64,000 nt of DNA from a virus, in the IMG/VR virus record IMGVR_UViG_3300005805_009577, positions 96,001 through 160,000 of that record; one strand, 5' to 3'. Position 1 is the stretch's first letter. Each line of letters opens with the position of its first letter. The notes under the pieces were generated by a model. It was given only the letters and a program-made list of their open reading frames with translations. It was not told where the DNA came from and did no database searches. The position numbers and the translations under genes were made by a program. This document shows, piece by piece, positions 1 to 9,373 of the stretch.

Positions 1-1
1 T

Positions 2-262
2 TTAGCATCTTTAGAAAATCCTATTGAAAAAATAGGATTAACAACGCTAGAACAAGAAATTAAGTTAGAGCCTGGACAACAAAATAAAACAATTGCAAAC
101 GTCCGTATAAAAATGAAGGTTAAAAGAATGATACCCAGCGTTATGGAAAAATATGCTCAAGAAAAGCTGGATTCTGCAGCAAACGATTATATAGAAAAAA
201 CAAAGCATATAATAGAATCTATGCCTGAAACCAAGACAGGGATATTTATACAATTCAAATGA
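2..262 (+). CDS. hypothetical protein, 5'-partial
   Basis: Open frame from the window edge (LASLENPIEK...) to TGA at 260-262, overlapping the next ATG. Confidence 0.6.
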   Translation, partial: LASLENPIEKIGLTTLEQEIKLEPGQQNKTIANVRIKMKVKRMIPSVMEKYAQEKLDSAANDYIEKTKHIIESMPETKTGIFIQFK

Positions 263-729
263 ATAAAGAACAAGATTTTATAGTAAAAAATAATATTCAT
301 AACAACTGGCAGGTTGTTCACCAGCACTTATTGCCAGAAGAAAAAGAAAAAAACTTTTGGAATCCTAAGACTTTTAATAAGTTAAGAGAATCAATATTTA
401 ATAGGTTTAAAAATAGTATTGATGAAGAAAAAGAAGAAGATTGGATAAAATATAAAAAGCTAAATAACATTACAGATGCAAACCCCAAAAGAATAAAGTT
501 TTGCTGGGAGACCGTTTTGCACAACGAGAAAATAAATAATAAAAATAAAATCGCTGGTGCTTCAGAGGTAGAGTTAGAATATTATGATGAAAGCAATAAA
601 CTTGTAATAATTAAAGATCCTGTTATTGGTATAAGTTGGGATTATGACGAGCCCAAAGAAGGTTTGTGGATTGGAATTCCAGAAAAGTTGGCAGAAAAAT
701 TTATAGCAATGGAAAGTTTTAAAAAATAA
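259..729 (+). CDS. hypothetical protein, paralog family A (C-terminal IPxKLA motif)
   Basis: Ends WIGIPEKLAEKFIAMESF; similar to 983, 19747, 26213. Confidence 0.8.
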   Translation: MNKEQDFIVKNNIHNNWQVVHQHLLPEEKEKNFWNPKTFNKLRESIFNRFKNSIDEEKEEDWIKYKKLNNITDANPKRIKFCWETVLHNEKINNKNKIAGASEVELEYYDESNKLVIIKDPVIGISWDYDEPKEGLWIGIPEKLAEKFIAMESFKK

Positions 730-744
730 ATACTATTTTAAAGC

Positions 745-993
745 ATGTATAAGCCATGCATATTAATAGTATCTTCCGCACTTTCTATTACGCCTTTAGA
801 AAAAAATCAACCAATTAATTTAAAGGGCGATTATAGTTTAGAAGCTAAAATATATTTGGAAAAAAATCAAGAAAATAAGACAAAAAATATTAATGATATA
901 CTTTATGAAATTATAGCAAAAGAAATTGAAGAAGGAATGCACGAAGAATCAATTGGTGAAGATTTAGAAGTTAAAAATAAAAATGAAAAATGA
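745..993 (+). CDS. hypothetical protein
   Basis: Co-directional ORF in a tightly packed run; hydrophobic N-terminus. Confidence 0.6.
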   Translation: MYKPCILIVSSALSITPLEKNQPINLKGDYSLEAKIYLEKNQENKTKNINDILYEIIAKEIEEGMHEESIGEDLEVKNKNEK

Positions 994-1519
994 ATTTTGG
1001 TCTACTGCTAATTTTAAAAGATTGAAAAATGCACTATGGCAATTATACTGGGATGATTTTTTAATCCCTGCCTTTACCCATCGGGGCAAGGGATTTTCAG
1101 CTTCAGCCTCAGCAAGATCAGATTTTAAACATGAAGACATAGCTGCTGGTTCTTTGGCATTTGCAAACTGGAAAAAATATAAAGAAAAAAATAATATAAA
1201 GCCATCCAAGCCAAAAGTAAGAATCGAGGCTATTTATTACCCAAACAGCATAAGTGTAACTGCTGACGAGTATCGAAGTGTGGAAGAAGAGTATTACAAT
1301 AGCCAAGATGACGTTGTTGTAATACAAAATCCTCTTTATGCTTCTTTATGCACCTTGCGTGGAGTATCTAATAAATATGCAGCCAATGAATTTTTTAATC
1401 CAAATTCAACATGGGCTGAAAATGCTATCTCCACTGATTTAAATGAAAAATATATAGAAATACCAGAAAAATTTGCTAGACAGATTTTGGTTTTAAAAAG
1501 TTTTAAAATTAAGATTTGA
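983..1519 (+). CDS. hypothetical protein, paralog family A
   Basis: WKKYKEKNNIKPSKP and IEIPEKFARQIL align with the 259 ORF. Confidence 0.8.
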   Translation: MKNEFWSTANFKRLKNALWQLYWDDFLIPAFTHRGKGFSASASARSDFKHEDIAAGSLAFANWKKYKEKNNIKPSKPKVRIEAIYYPNSISVTADEYRSVEEEYYNSQDDVVVIQNPLYASLCTLRGVSNKYAANEFFNPNSTWAENAISTDLNEKYIEIPEKFARQILVLKSFKIKI

Positions 1520-1550
1520 ATAATAAAAATTATATAATATAATAAACATT

Positions 1551-1823
1551 ATGGAACAAATAATTACATTGCAAATTAGTAGAAAAGACGACACCCCAGC
1601 AAACGAATATAATTGGGCCGAACTTTTAAAATTAAATGAAGACGAAAGTGTCACGGTCATAGATCATTGGATGATTAGAGGCACTTTGCCTCCTTCTTCC
1701 GAATGCCAGAATAAATGCAAAAAAGACGAAGGTTTTGTCTCCCAAAAAACCCAGATAATAAAATGCAAAAAAGAAGGCTGTAGTTTTAAATGCAAAAAAC
1801 TACATGGGGAAAGTGACTCTTAA
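1551..1823 (+). CDS. hypothetical protein
   Basis: ORF track; Cys-rich C-terminus. Confidence 0.6.
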   Translation: MEQIITLQISRKDDTPANEYNWAELLKLNEDESVTVIDHWMIRGTLPPSSECQNKCKKDEGFVSQKTQIIKCKKEGCSFKCKKLHGESDS

Positions 1824-1937
1824 TAAATATATGCTAAATTAAAAGACTTAATTACAAAATCCTTTTTTGAGTACGTCTTAGGATTGTAGCCGGTCGTGTG
1901 GCCGGAAGGATTATAACTCTTGATAATGAGGTGATTT

Positions 1938-2177
1938 ATGGCTCGTGTTGATGCTATGTCTTTTGTGGATGCGTGGGTTAAGATTTATGAGCAGGGTGGC
2001 TCGCAGAGTGATGTTGCTCGTGAAATTGGCACTTCGGCCGCCAATGTTTCTACTCGTGCTAAGAAGTTGCGTGAGGCCGGAGTTGATCTGCCTGAACTCA
2101 AGGTTACTCGTACTGGCACTACGATTGACGTTGATTCGCTTAACGAGCGTCTTTCGGCTCGACTTGCGAAGGCTTGA
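1938..2177 (+). CDS. small HTH DNA-binding protein, cassette family copy 1
   Basis: QSDVAREIGTSAANVSTRAKKLR fits an HTH pattern; GAGGTG RBS; motif at 1871; terminator downstream. Confidence 0.9.
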   Translation: MARVDAMSFVDAWVKIYEQGGSQSDVAREIGTSAANVSTRAKKLREAGVDLPELKVTRTGTTIDVDSLNERLSARLAKA

Positions 2178-2206
2178 ACTTAAAGGGTGTAAATTTCACC
2201 CGTCCA

Positions 2207-2243
2207 CAACCCTGGGTTTTAAAAACCCAGGGTTGTTTTTTTT
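2207..2243 (+). terminator. intrinsic terminator
   Basis: CAACCCTGGGTTT/AAACCCAGGGTTG stem followed by a T-run. Confidence 0.85.
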
Positions 2244-2258
2244 ATAAACATCAAACAT

Positions 2259-2573
2259 ATGAATAATCTACTAGAAAAATTTGCCAAAGTTAAAAAAATA
2301 TCTATATTTGGGAAAAGGTGGTTTCAAAAAACATATGGAAACACTTACCATAGTTCCGAAATATATGTGAACGATAAACTTGTTCATAAAATAGAATTTT
2401 GCTATGGCTATGGAAGTCAATATGAATGGAATTCATTTACCTGGTTGAAGCAAAATGGTTATATTAAATTGTCAGAAAAAGATAAGCATTATTGCTTAGG
2501 TCGTTACTGCAGAGAAAATAATATAGAGCTTTGCAACGATGTTGTTGACGTAAACAGAAAAAAAGATCTTTAA
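2259..2573 (+). CDS. hypothetical phage protein
   Basis: KRWFQKTYGNTYHS...YGYGSQY pattern; family not named. Confidence 0.75.
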   Translation: MNNLLEKFAKVKKISIFGKRWFQKTYGNTYHSSEIYVNDKLVHKIEFCYGYGSQYEWNSFTWLKQNGYIKLSEKDKHYCLGRYCRENNIELCNDVVDVNRKKDL

Positions 2574-2643
2574 AAGATTTAAGTGACGAGTCCTTTTTTG
2601 GGTACGCCCTCTCTTTACGCAGATGGTTTACTAGGAGACAAAT

Positions 2644-3015
2644 ATGTTTAAAGCCGCTCCGGTGATATTTTTATCATTATCTTTAATTGGAAATATTGAA
2701 GGTATAAAAGAAAATAACATCAACCAAGTTAATAATGTTAATAAAAAAACTATTAAATTTTTAAATAAAAAGGCTACTTTTAAGCAACATTTAAAGGACA
2801 TAGAAAATCAATTCAACATATCTATTAAAATTGACAAACAGTCCCTTCAAAAACATGGCATTTCAATTAATCAAAGCATAGTGATTGAAGAAAAAGAATA
2901 TACATTTTCTGAATCACTGGATTTATTGACTACAAAAATTTGTATTTTTAATCGACAAAAAGTTGTTTTTTGGTCTATTGACGAAGTTAACAACGTAATG
3001 ATTTTTGGCAAATAA
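2644..3015 (+). CDS. exported protein with STN-like domain
   Basis: Signal-like N-terminus; IKIDKQSLQKHGISINQSI..FSESLDLL resembles planctomycete STN-type modules; AGGAG RBS; motif at 2602. Confidence 0.55.
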   Translation: MFKAAPVIFLSLSLIGNIEGIKENNINQVNNVNKKTIKFLNKKATFKQHLKDIENQFNISIKIDKQSLQKHGISINQSIVIEEKEYTFSESLDLLTTKICIFNRQKVVFWSIDEVNNVMIFGK

Positions 3016-3029
3016 TCAAGGAGGTTAAA

Positions 3030-3296
3030 TTGGCTATTATTCAGTTGGTAGTTAGTACCTTGGGATTGCTTTGGTTTATTTTTGGCGATAACAGTATAGC
3101 AATTAAAAGAATGACGCCTATAAAGCAAACAAATTTGCAAATAGGAGTTATAAAACAGCCAATTCAAAATCAAAAAGCAGGAGTTCAGTGGATATACAGA
3201 GGAAGAGACAACTACTATTACTATTACAGTGATATTTCTAACACTTATTTATGCAGAGTAAATATAGTTACTGGTGCGGTTGACTATAAAATTTAG
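3030..3296 (+). CDS. membrane-anchored hypothetical protein, paralog of 41430
   Basis: TTG start after GGAGG; W-x-YRG-x-D...YYSD-x-S...RVNI shared with 41430. Confidence 0.75.
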   Translation: MAIIQLVVSTLGLLWFIFGDNSIAIKRMTPIKQTNLQIGVIKQPIQNQKAGVQWIYRGRDNYYYYYSDISNTYLCRVNIVTGAVDYKI

Positions 3297-3442
3297 TCTT
3301 TAGTTTTATTGGCCAGCCTAATAAATGCATATGCTATAGAAAGTTCTATAAACATTATAATTGGCCAGCAAACTAATATTGGGTAAATTTGTTGCATTGT
3401 ACAATAATATAGTGATCTGACTTAAATTTTTATAGGTGTAAA

Positions 3443-3733
3443 ATGAATAAAATTGTTTACGGAAAAGTTAGCGGAACAGGCGAATTTCCACTTGATATGC
3501 TTAGGTATGATGTTTGTTCTCCTGCTACAGAACAAGATAGTTATTTAATTTCACGCACATTTAATCTTGAATCAAGGTGTCGTGGTGTTTGGGAAATTTA
3601 TGTAAAAAGAATTCTTTTAGAGCATAAAAAAGGAATGAACACCTTCACTTATGATAGGTGGCGGAGTTTCGGCTGTAGAGTGGAAGAGACTAAGGATGGA
3701 ATTCACGGCCAACGTCAAGGAAACTTATTTTAA
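3443..3733 (+). CDS. hypothetical phage protein
   Basis: VSGTGEFPLDMLRYDVCSP; AGGTG RBS. Confidence 0.75.
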   Translation: MNKIVYGKVSGTGEFPLDMLRYDVCSPATEQDSYLISRTFNLESRCRGVWEIYVKRILLEHKKGMNTFTYDRWRSFGCRVEETKDGIHGQRQGNLF

Positions 3734-3743
3734 GGAAAAATAA

Positions 3744-3956
3744 ATGTTTTTTGCACCAGATCATCATGCTAATATAAAGATAATGAAGTGGGTTGAATCG
3801 GCCATGCAAAGTGCCATGATAATTCAGTATGAAGTTTCAATGGGCAAAATTAATAAATGTCATTTTCAAACAATGATAAACAGCGTTTCTTACAATGTGA
3901 CCAAAGAAATTATTAAAGAAAAGACTCTATTAAGGTGCGAACCCAGCGTTAATTAG
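3744..3956 (+). CDS. hypothetical protein
   Basis: AAGGA RBS, co-directional. Confidence 0.55.
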   Translation: MFFAPDHHANIKIMKWVESAMQSAMIIQYEVSMGKINKCHFQTMINSVSYNVTKEIIKEKTLLRCEPSVN

Positions 3957-3965
3957 CACACAGGC

Positions 3966-3993
3966 TTGAAAAATTTTCACAATCTTCTATAAT
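3966..3993 (+). promoter_or_regulatory. sigma70-like promoter
   Basis: TTGAAA-16-TATAAT just before the ATG at 4000. Confidence 0.55.
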
Positions 3994-3999
3994 ATTTTT

Positions 4000-4608
4000 A
4001 TGAATTCTGTTACTTTTTTAGGTGATGTTCATGGAAAGTATAAGAGACTCCATGAAATAATAAGAGAAAAAGAACGAAATCCTTTTATTGTTCAGGTTGG
4101 CGACTTTGGATTTGACTATGAAACTCTTAGAAATGTAGATCCAAAAAACTTCGTTATAGTAGGCGGAAATCACGATAATTATCAAAAAATAATTAACACT
4201 CCTCATTATTTAGGGGATTACGGATACACTAGTTTTAATGGGTTGGAATTTTTCTATTATCGGGGTGCTTATAGCATAGACAAACAATATCGAACTATTG
4301 GCATAGATTGGTGGAAAGAAGAACAGCTAAATATAGAGTTATTTATGAAAGCGAGAGAAGCATATAGAGAAATAAAACCCAAATTAATGGTAACGCATGA
4401 TTGTCCAGAATTTTTAGTAGGGCGGTATATAGGGCCGTATGGAAGAGTTTATCAAAATATTACCAACTGGGCTTTGCAAGAACTTTTTAATATACATCAG
4501 CCAGATACGTGGATTCATGGACACTATCATTTATCTAAAAAAACTATATATGATAAAACAACTTTTATATGTTTGGATGAATTAGAAGCATATAAAATGT
4601 CTTTTTAA
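4000..4608 (+). CDS. calcineurin-like metallophosphoesterase
   Basis: GDVHG, GDFG, GNHD, THDCP and HGHYH motifs. Confidence 0.9.
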   Translation: MNSVTFLGDVHGKYKRLHEIIREKERNPFIVQVGDFGFDYETLRNVDPKNFVIVGGNHDNYQKIINTPHYLGDYGYTSFNGLEFFYYRGAYSIDKQYRTIGIDWWKEEQLNIELFMKAREAYREIKPKLMVTHDCPEFLVGRYIGPYGRVYQNITNWALQELFNIHQPDTWIHGHYHLSKKTIYDKTTFICLDELEAYKMSF

Positions 4609-4637
4609 AAAATCTTTTTAAAAAATTTTTAAATTTT

Positions 4638-4668
4638 AAACCAACTTTGTAAAAAGTTGGTTTTTTTT
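4638..4668 (+). terminator. intrinsic terminator
   Basis: AAACCAACTT/AAGTTGGTTT stem plus T-run. Confidence 0.75.
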
Positions 4669-4714
4669 GTTACTTTAATTAATAAATAATATTAGAGTTA
4701 CATGGAGGTAAGTA

Positions 4715-5509
4715 ATGAAAAAACAATATATGTTATTTAGTTTTCCTCGTCAAGGAACTGACTTTTTTATGGATTGTCTCATTTCAAGCAATTCTAATTT
4801 GAAATATTATAGAGAGTTTTTTAATCCTATTTGTGCTGTGCCTAAATATACAAAAAAAATAAGTGAGGCATTCGGCAGCGAGAACAACTATAAAAAAATT
4901 TTTTTCTATAATGAAGATTTGTTAGAGGGTGTTTATTCCGATACTTGGAAGCTTGAAAATTTTAATATAACAAAAGAAGTTTTTAGTTTTTCTAAAATTT
5001 ATTTTTTTAAAAAACACTTTGAGCTATTTGCACTATACAGAAGTAGAAGAAATACGTTTCCGACAAGCAGACCAGATTTTATATTACCTATATTCAATTC
5101 TTTTATTGAAGAAAATTATTTTCATTTTGAAGTGAAAAATGAAATTAAAAATTATCTTAAGACTTTTTTCTTTAATAATATTGAAAAACAAGTCTTATCT
5201 CATATTTTTTGTTGGTTTTTGCAATTTCATGAAATTCAGAAAAGTGAAATAAAATTAATTCAATACTATCCTTTGATGAGCTTAGAAAAAGATGGATTAG
5301 ATGAATATTTAAATAAAAATATTCCAGAAGAATTATATAATAAAGCACTCTCAGAAAGTATAATTAAAAAAAGAAATAAAGAAATACAGCCAAAAAGATA
5401 TTGTGATTATAAAGACTTAAATGTTGAAAGTACATGTTTAAATTTTATTAAATTTTTAGAAAAGTTAAATACAGGATTAGAAGACAAATATTGGGATATG
5501 CTTGTTTAG
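4715..5509 (+). CDS. sulfotransferase-like protein
   Basis: N-terminal FSFPRQGTDF resembles the PRSGT PAPS-binding loop; YREFFNP; GGAGG RBS. Confidence 0.5.
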   Translation: MKKQYMLFSFPRQGTDFFMDCLISSNSNLKYYREFFNPICAVPKYTKKISEAFGSENNYKKIFFYNEDLLEGVYSDTWKLENFNITKEVFSFSKIYFFKKHFELFALYRSRRNTFPTSRPDFILPIFNSFIEENYFHFEVKNEIKNYLKTFFFNNIEKQVLSHIFCWFLQFHEIQKSEIKLIQYYPLMSLEKDGLDEYLNKNIPEELYNKALSESIIKKRNKEIQPKRYCDYKDLNVESTCLNFIKFLEKLNTGLEDKYWDMLV

Positions 5510-5587
5510 TTGTTTGAAAAAAATTATTTTTTTTGTATTATTTGTTTTGCCGACCCGCCAGAGGAAATAAATTTTCAAAGGACGAAA

Positions 5588-6025
5588 ATGAAAAAAGAAA
5601 ACTTTATTAATACAACTTTTAGTTTTATGTTTATTTTTGCGATATTGTTTGCTTTTGCCTTTGCTTATAGTTATTTTAAATATAATTTAATAGCAAATAA
5701 TAAAGGAGCATACGAAAACGAGGATAAAGAAAAACAATATCAAGAATATGAAGCTAAAATAGTTTATGAAAATTTTCCATCTTTAGAAAATGCTTCTTTA
5801 GAACAAAAAATATACTGGGAGTCGTATCAAAGAGGGAGAAAGGTGTTATTTGGACAAATGGGGGTAGAATTGAAAGATAAAAATGAAAAGCAGTTTGACT
5901 ATACTAGCATGATAAGTAAAGAAGGAATATCAGAAGAAGATAAGGCTAAATATGAAGAAATAAGGTCAAAGGCTTATGTTGACGGTTATCACAAAGCAGC
6001 AGATAGTTTTTATTGTCCTAGATAA
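5588..6025 (+). CDS. membrane-anchored hypothetical protein
   Basis: One N-terminal TM helix; ATG at 5588 preferred. Confidence 0.75.
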   Translation: MKKENFINTTFSFMFIFAILFAFAFAYSYFKYNLIANNKGAYENEDKEKQYQEYEAKIVYENFPSLENASLEQKIYWESYQRGRKVLFGQMGVELKDKNEKQFDYTSMISKEGISEEDKAKYEEIRSKAYVDGYHKAADSFYCPR

Positions 6026-6044
6026 AAGTATTAATAAATTTTTT

Positions 6045-6076
6045 AAAGCCTAGGCATTAATGCCTAGGCTTTTTTT
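6045..6076 (+). terminator. intrinsic terminator
   Basis: AAAGCCTAGGCA/TGCCTAGGCTTT plus T-run. Confidence 0.85.
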
Positions 6077-6100
6077 ATTTAAATTAAACTATATAATTTT

Positions 6101-7924
6101 ATGCTATTTAAAGACTGGCTCGTAATAAATGAAAATATAGAAAGTAATTTTGATTCTTGGGTTAGAAGTATACAAAAATATTCAAAACCATCTGAAGTTA
6201 TTCTGCTAAAATCTTTAGGAATATACGTTCCAGAAGATGAAAAATATCCTGGGCGAGGAGATATAGCGAACGAGTTTAATATAAGACTAAAAACTTTTAA
6301 AGAAATAATAATTAAAGTTCTTAAAAAGAAGAATCTAGAAAACTTAAATTGGTTGGCGTTTAGTGTAGGCTACTTAGTAGTCAAGACATTTCACGAAGAA
6401 GATTTGGAGCTAGCGATTGAAGTAACTAAACAAAGAATTGCCAGCGGGGAATTGCCAAAGTCAGAAATAGGATCTAAAGGATGGATGCAAATTGGAAATG
6501 AAGCTTTAGAACATGTTCAAGAGTACTTAAGACAACAACAGGAAATAAGCAATAGACAAAAAGAAAAATTGAAAAAATTAGGTGGAACTTTAGAAGAAGA
6601 TGAAAGTAAAGATTTAATACAATTGGTGGCCAAAGAAGTTTATGTAAAAGGAACTGTACGGGACGAATTAAAGTTATATAAACTTCCATCTTTAAATATA
6701 CACCCAGATTCAGTTGAACAGGCATATTCGCTGATAGCGGGAGTAATCTTGTCAAAGATAATCGCATCCCCAAAGTCTAAGATAGAATCTAGAAAAAGGT
6801 TGTTGTGTAAATACGGAAAAGGCACAGATTGGTGTACTGCAAATCCTTCTGGTGATTATGATCGATATTATATGAATAATGACATTTTTATAATGCATGA
6901 AAATAATCATCCTAAATATCAGTTTACTTCTTGTATAGACGATGGAAGAGCCGGTAGTGGCGGCAAACAATTTATGGATCCTTTAGATAGAAATGTTAGC
7001 AAAATAAAGTTAGAAGAAAAAGAGTTTTTAGAAAAGCACGCTTTAAAAGAAACCGAATGTTATATCCCTGGATTTAAAATAATTTTTTCAAGCTTAGAAA
7101 GTTATCTAAGCTCCGATGAAGATATTAAGAGAAAAATAGATCCAAAAAGTATAGTTGACTTGGTGAAAGATAAAAATTTTAAAAACGCTACAAAAAAACA
7201 ATTTATAGAACTTATATTAAACATCAACATAGACGACATACCTTCAAATGTTTTTAAGAGTTTTTTAAGAAATCTACCCGATAACTTTAATATTGACGCT
7301 TTAAATGATAAAAAAATATTTAATTCTATAGTTAAACTTCAATATGTGGACTATGAAGATTTAGATAAAAAAATAAGCAAAGAAAGACTAGAAAAGTTTT
7401 TAAACAACTATAAAAATGATTTATTTGACGATGAAATAAATCCTAAATACGAACAGGAAGTTCAGAATTCAAGAAAATCAACTATAAGAAATTTATTAAT
7501 TGCAGGGCACAGTTTAGAGTCAATGTTAAGTATATTATCTTTTTTAGTTAAAAAAATTAGCATAGGACCGGCAGAAGCCTATACCATATTCGATACAGTT
7601 ATAAGTCAAATACAAAGTGCTTTTTCTCAAAATTTAATATCGACTCCTACTGCCTTAAATTCTTTGGATTTATTTGCAAAAATTTTAGGCAAAGAAAATA
7701 TCAATAAAATTGATTTGAATAGATTTCAAGAAAGAATGAAAGTAAAACTAATACCAGAAGGAAATAAATTTAGAATAGATAAAACAGAAGATATAGGTGC
7801 AAAAAGAATCACTAAAAGTAGATTGTTGGCTTTGGGTTCTGCTAAAGATTTGATGATAAGGTTTTTAGAAAAACATGATGATAGAATAATTACTTCCTGG
7901 GAAGCAGAGTGGGATAAACAATAG
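6101..7924 (+). CDS. large hypothetical protein (LCKYGKGTDWCTAN family), paralog of 28414; candidate internal virion protein
   Basis: N-half aligns with 28414; N-terminus MLFKDWLVINE. Confidence 0.85.
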   Translation: MLFKDWLVINENIESNFDSWVRSIQKYSKPSEVILLKSLGIYVPEDEKYPGRGDIANEFNIRLKTFKEIIIKVLKKKNLENLNWLAFSVGYLVVKTFHEEDLELAIEVTKQRIASGELPKSEIGSKGWMQIGNEALEHVQEYLRQQQEISNRQKEKLKKLGGTLEEDESKDLIQLVAKEVYVKGTVRDELKLYKLPSLNIHPDSVEQAYSLIAGVILSKIIASPKSKIESRKRLLCKYGKGTDWCTANPSGDYDRYYMNNDIFIMHENNHPKYQFTSCIDDGRAGSGGKQFMDPLDRNVSKIKLEEKEFLEKHALKETECYIPGFKIIFSSLESYLSSDEDIKRKIDPKSIVDLVKDKNFKNATKKQFIELILNINIDDIPSNVFKSFLRNLPDNFNIDALNDKKIFNSIVKLQYVDYEDLDKKISKERLEKFLNNYKNDLFDDEINPKYEQEVQNSRKSTIRNLLIAGHSLESMLSILSFLVKKISIGPAEAYTIFDTVISQIQSAFSQNLISTPTALNSLDLFAKILGKENINKIDLNRFQERMKVKLIPEGNKFRIDKTEDIGAKRITKSRLLALGSAKDLMIRFLEKHDDRIITSWEAEWDKQ

Positions 7925-8006
7925 CATTGGGGTTAAAAGTCTTTCTTTGAGTACGCCCTCGTGTTGTCACCCGTGTTCTTTCTCACCTTAATTTAAAGGT
8001 ATAAAA

Positions 8007-8165
8007 ATGACGCTTGACAGAGCAGCAGAAATTGTTAAGGTTCTTCCTATGGGTAGTATGAAGTTAGAATTGTTTGACCATTTTTGCGGATTGTTCAATC
8101 TTAATGAAAATAAAATTCTTAGAGACAAGTTTGTTATTGATTGTGGTTATAAGTTGGAGGGCTGA
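8007..8165 (+). CDS. small hypothetical protein (52 aa)
   Basis: MTLDRAAEIVKVLPMG...; AAGGT RBS; motif at 7951; below the ORF-track cutoff. Confidence 0.65.
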   Translation: MTLDRAAEIVKVLPMGSMKLELFDHFCGLFNLNENKILRDKFVIDCGYKLEG

Positions 8166-8170
8166 AACAA

Positions 8171-8488
8171 ATGGAATGGAATAACTCTCATAAAAATCCC
8201 CCAACCGTTGGACAGAAGGTTTATTATTTTGGGGAGAATATCGGTATAGGGATTGGCCATTATTCATATGAAGAAAGAAGGATTATGGTTCCTTATACCT
8301 ACAATGATAAAAATGAAAAGGAATATACCAACAAAGAAATAGAACTCTGTCCCCATGTTTTTACTAATGTAAGTTTTGGAGTGGTGGATGCTTGTGATGC
8401 TCCTTTCTGGTATCCTTATGATGAAGAAAGAGCAAAAAGTTGGTGCCCTATTATTCCGAAAAAATATACAAAAGATTTGTATGATTGA
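8171..8488 (+). CDS. hypothetical protein
   Basis: GGAGG RBS, operon continuation. Confidence 0.75.
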   Translation: MEWNNSHKNPPTVGQKVYYFGENIGIGIGHYSYEERRIMVPYTYNDKNEKEYTNKEIELCPHVFTNVSFGVVDACDAPFWYPYDEERAKSWCPIIPKKYTKDLYD

Positions 8489-8519
8489 AACTATATAAAA
8501 ATAGTTTTAAGGGCTAAAA

Positions 8520-9308
8520 ATGGAAAGTTTTAAACAATTTTTAAAATCTAAAAAAGCAATTGTTTATCACGTTAGCCCTAATTCTTCTATAAAAAAATTA
8601 AGGCCAACTGGTTCTCATAAGGGCCAACAAAGCATTAAAATGGGACGTGGCGGCATATATGTTGCCCCAAAGTTTAAAGATGCTGTTGCTTGGGCTACAT
8701 CTTATGTTGGCGGCAAAAAATATCATACTCAAAAACCAAATGATAGACTTAAAGAGCGAGAGTCTGGTGGTGGTTGGCACGGAGACAAAGGTCCAAAAAA
8801 TTACAAAAATCTCACTATTTACGAACTAGAAGTTCCGGAAGAATTGTTAAAAAATTCTTGGAGTAATTCTTTCTGGGAACCAGAGTATTTCATTTCTGCA
8901 GAATACATGAATCATATTAAAGTAATTAAATCTACCACGTATTCTCTTGATGAATTAATGGTGCTAGACAGGGTGAACAGTCAAAAAAGAATGGAATTGA
9001 TATCTTCTAAAGAATTAATAGAAATAAAAAGAGCAAGCAAGACAAACCAGGCTGCTCGTTACTATTTGGAACTTTTAGATTCTTATAATCAGCACTTATT
9101 AAAAGGTAAAAACCCAATAATAAATCAAGATTCAGATATTAAAAATGATCATGTAATAAGACAAAAGACAGAAAAACTAAAAGACTATATATTTTATAGT
9201 GATAATAATTGGACTAGCTTAAAAATAATAGAAAAATTAAATAAAGATCAAAAAAGAGAAGCAGAACAAATATACCAAGATGTTAAGAAGTTAATACAAA
9301 GTCTTTAG
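8520..9308 (+). CDS. putative ADP-ribosyltransferase-fold protein
   Basis: IVYHVSP...GGIYVAP..DAVAWA...IYELEV matches the ART-fold strand pattern; N-terminus MESFKQFLK. Confidence 0.45.
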   Translation: MESFKQFLKSKKAIVYHVSPNSSIKKLRPTGSHKGQQSIKMGRGGIYVAPKFKDAVAWATSYVGGKKYHTQKPNDRLKERESGGGWHGDKGPKNYKNLTIYELEVPEELLKNSWSNSFWEPEYFISAEYMNHIKVIKSTTYSLDELMVLDRVNSQKRMELISSKELIEIKRASKTNQAARYYLELLDSYNQHLLKGKNPIINQDSDIKNDHVIRQKTEKLKDYIFYSDNNWTSLKIIEKLNKDQKREAEQIYQDVKKLIQSL

Positions 9309-9373
9309 ATTAAAACCTCTTTTTTGAGTACGCCCGTCTTTTGCCCCCTCGCTATATCTATAGGTAATATACA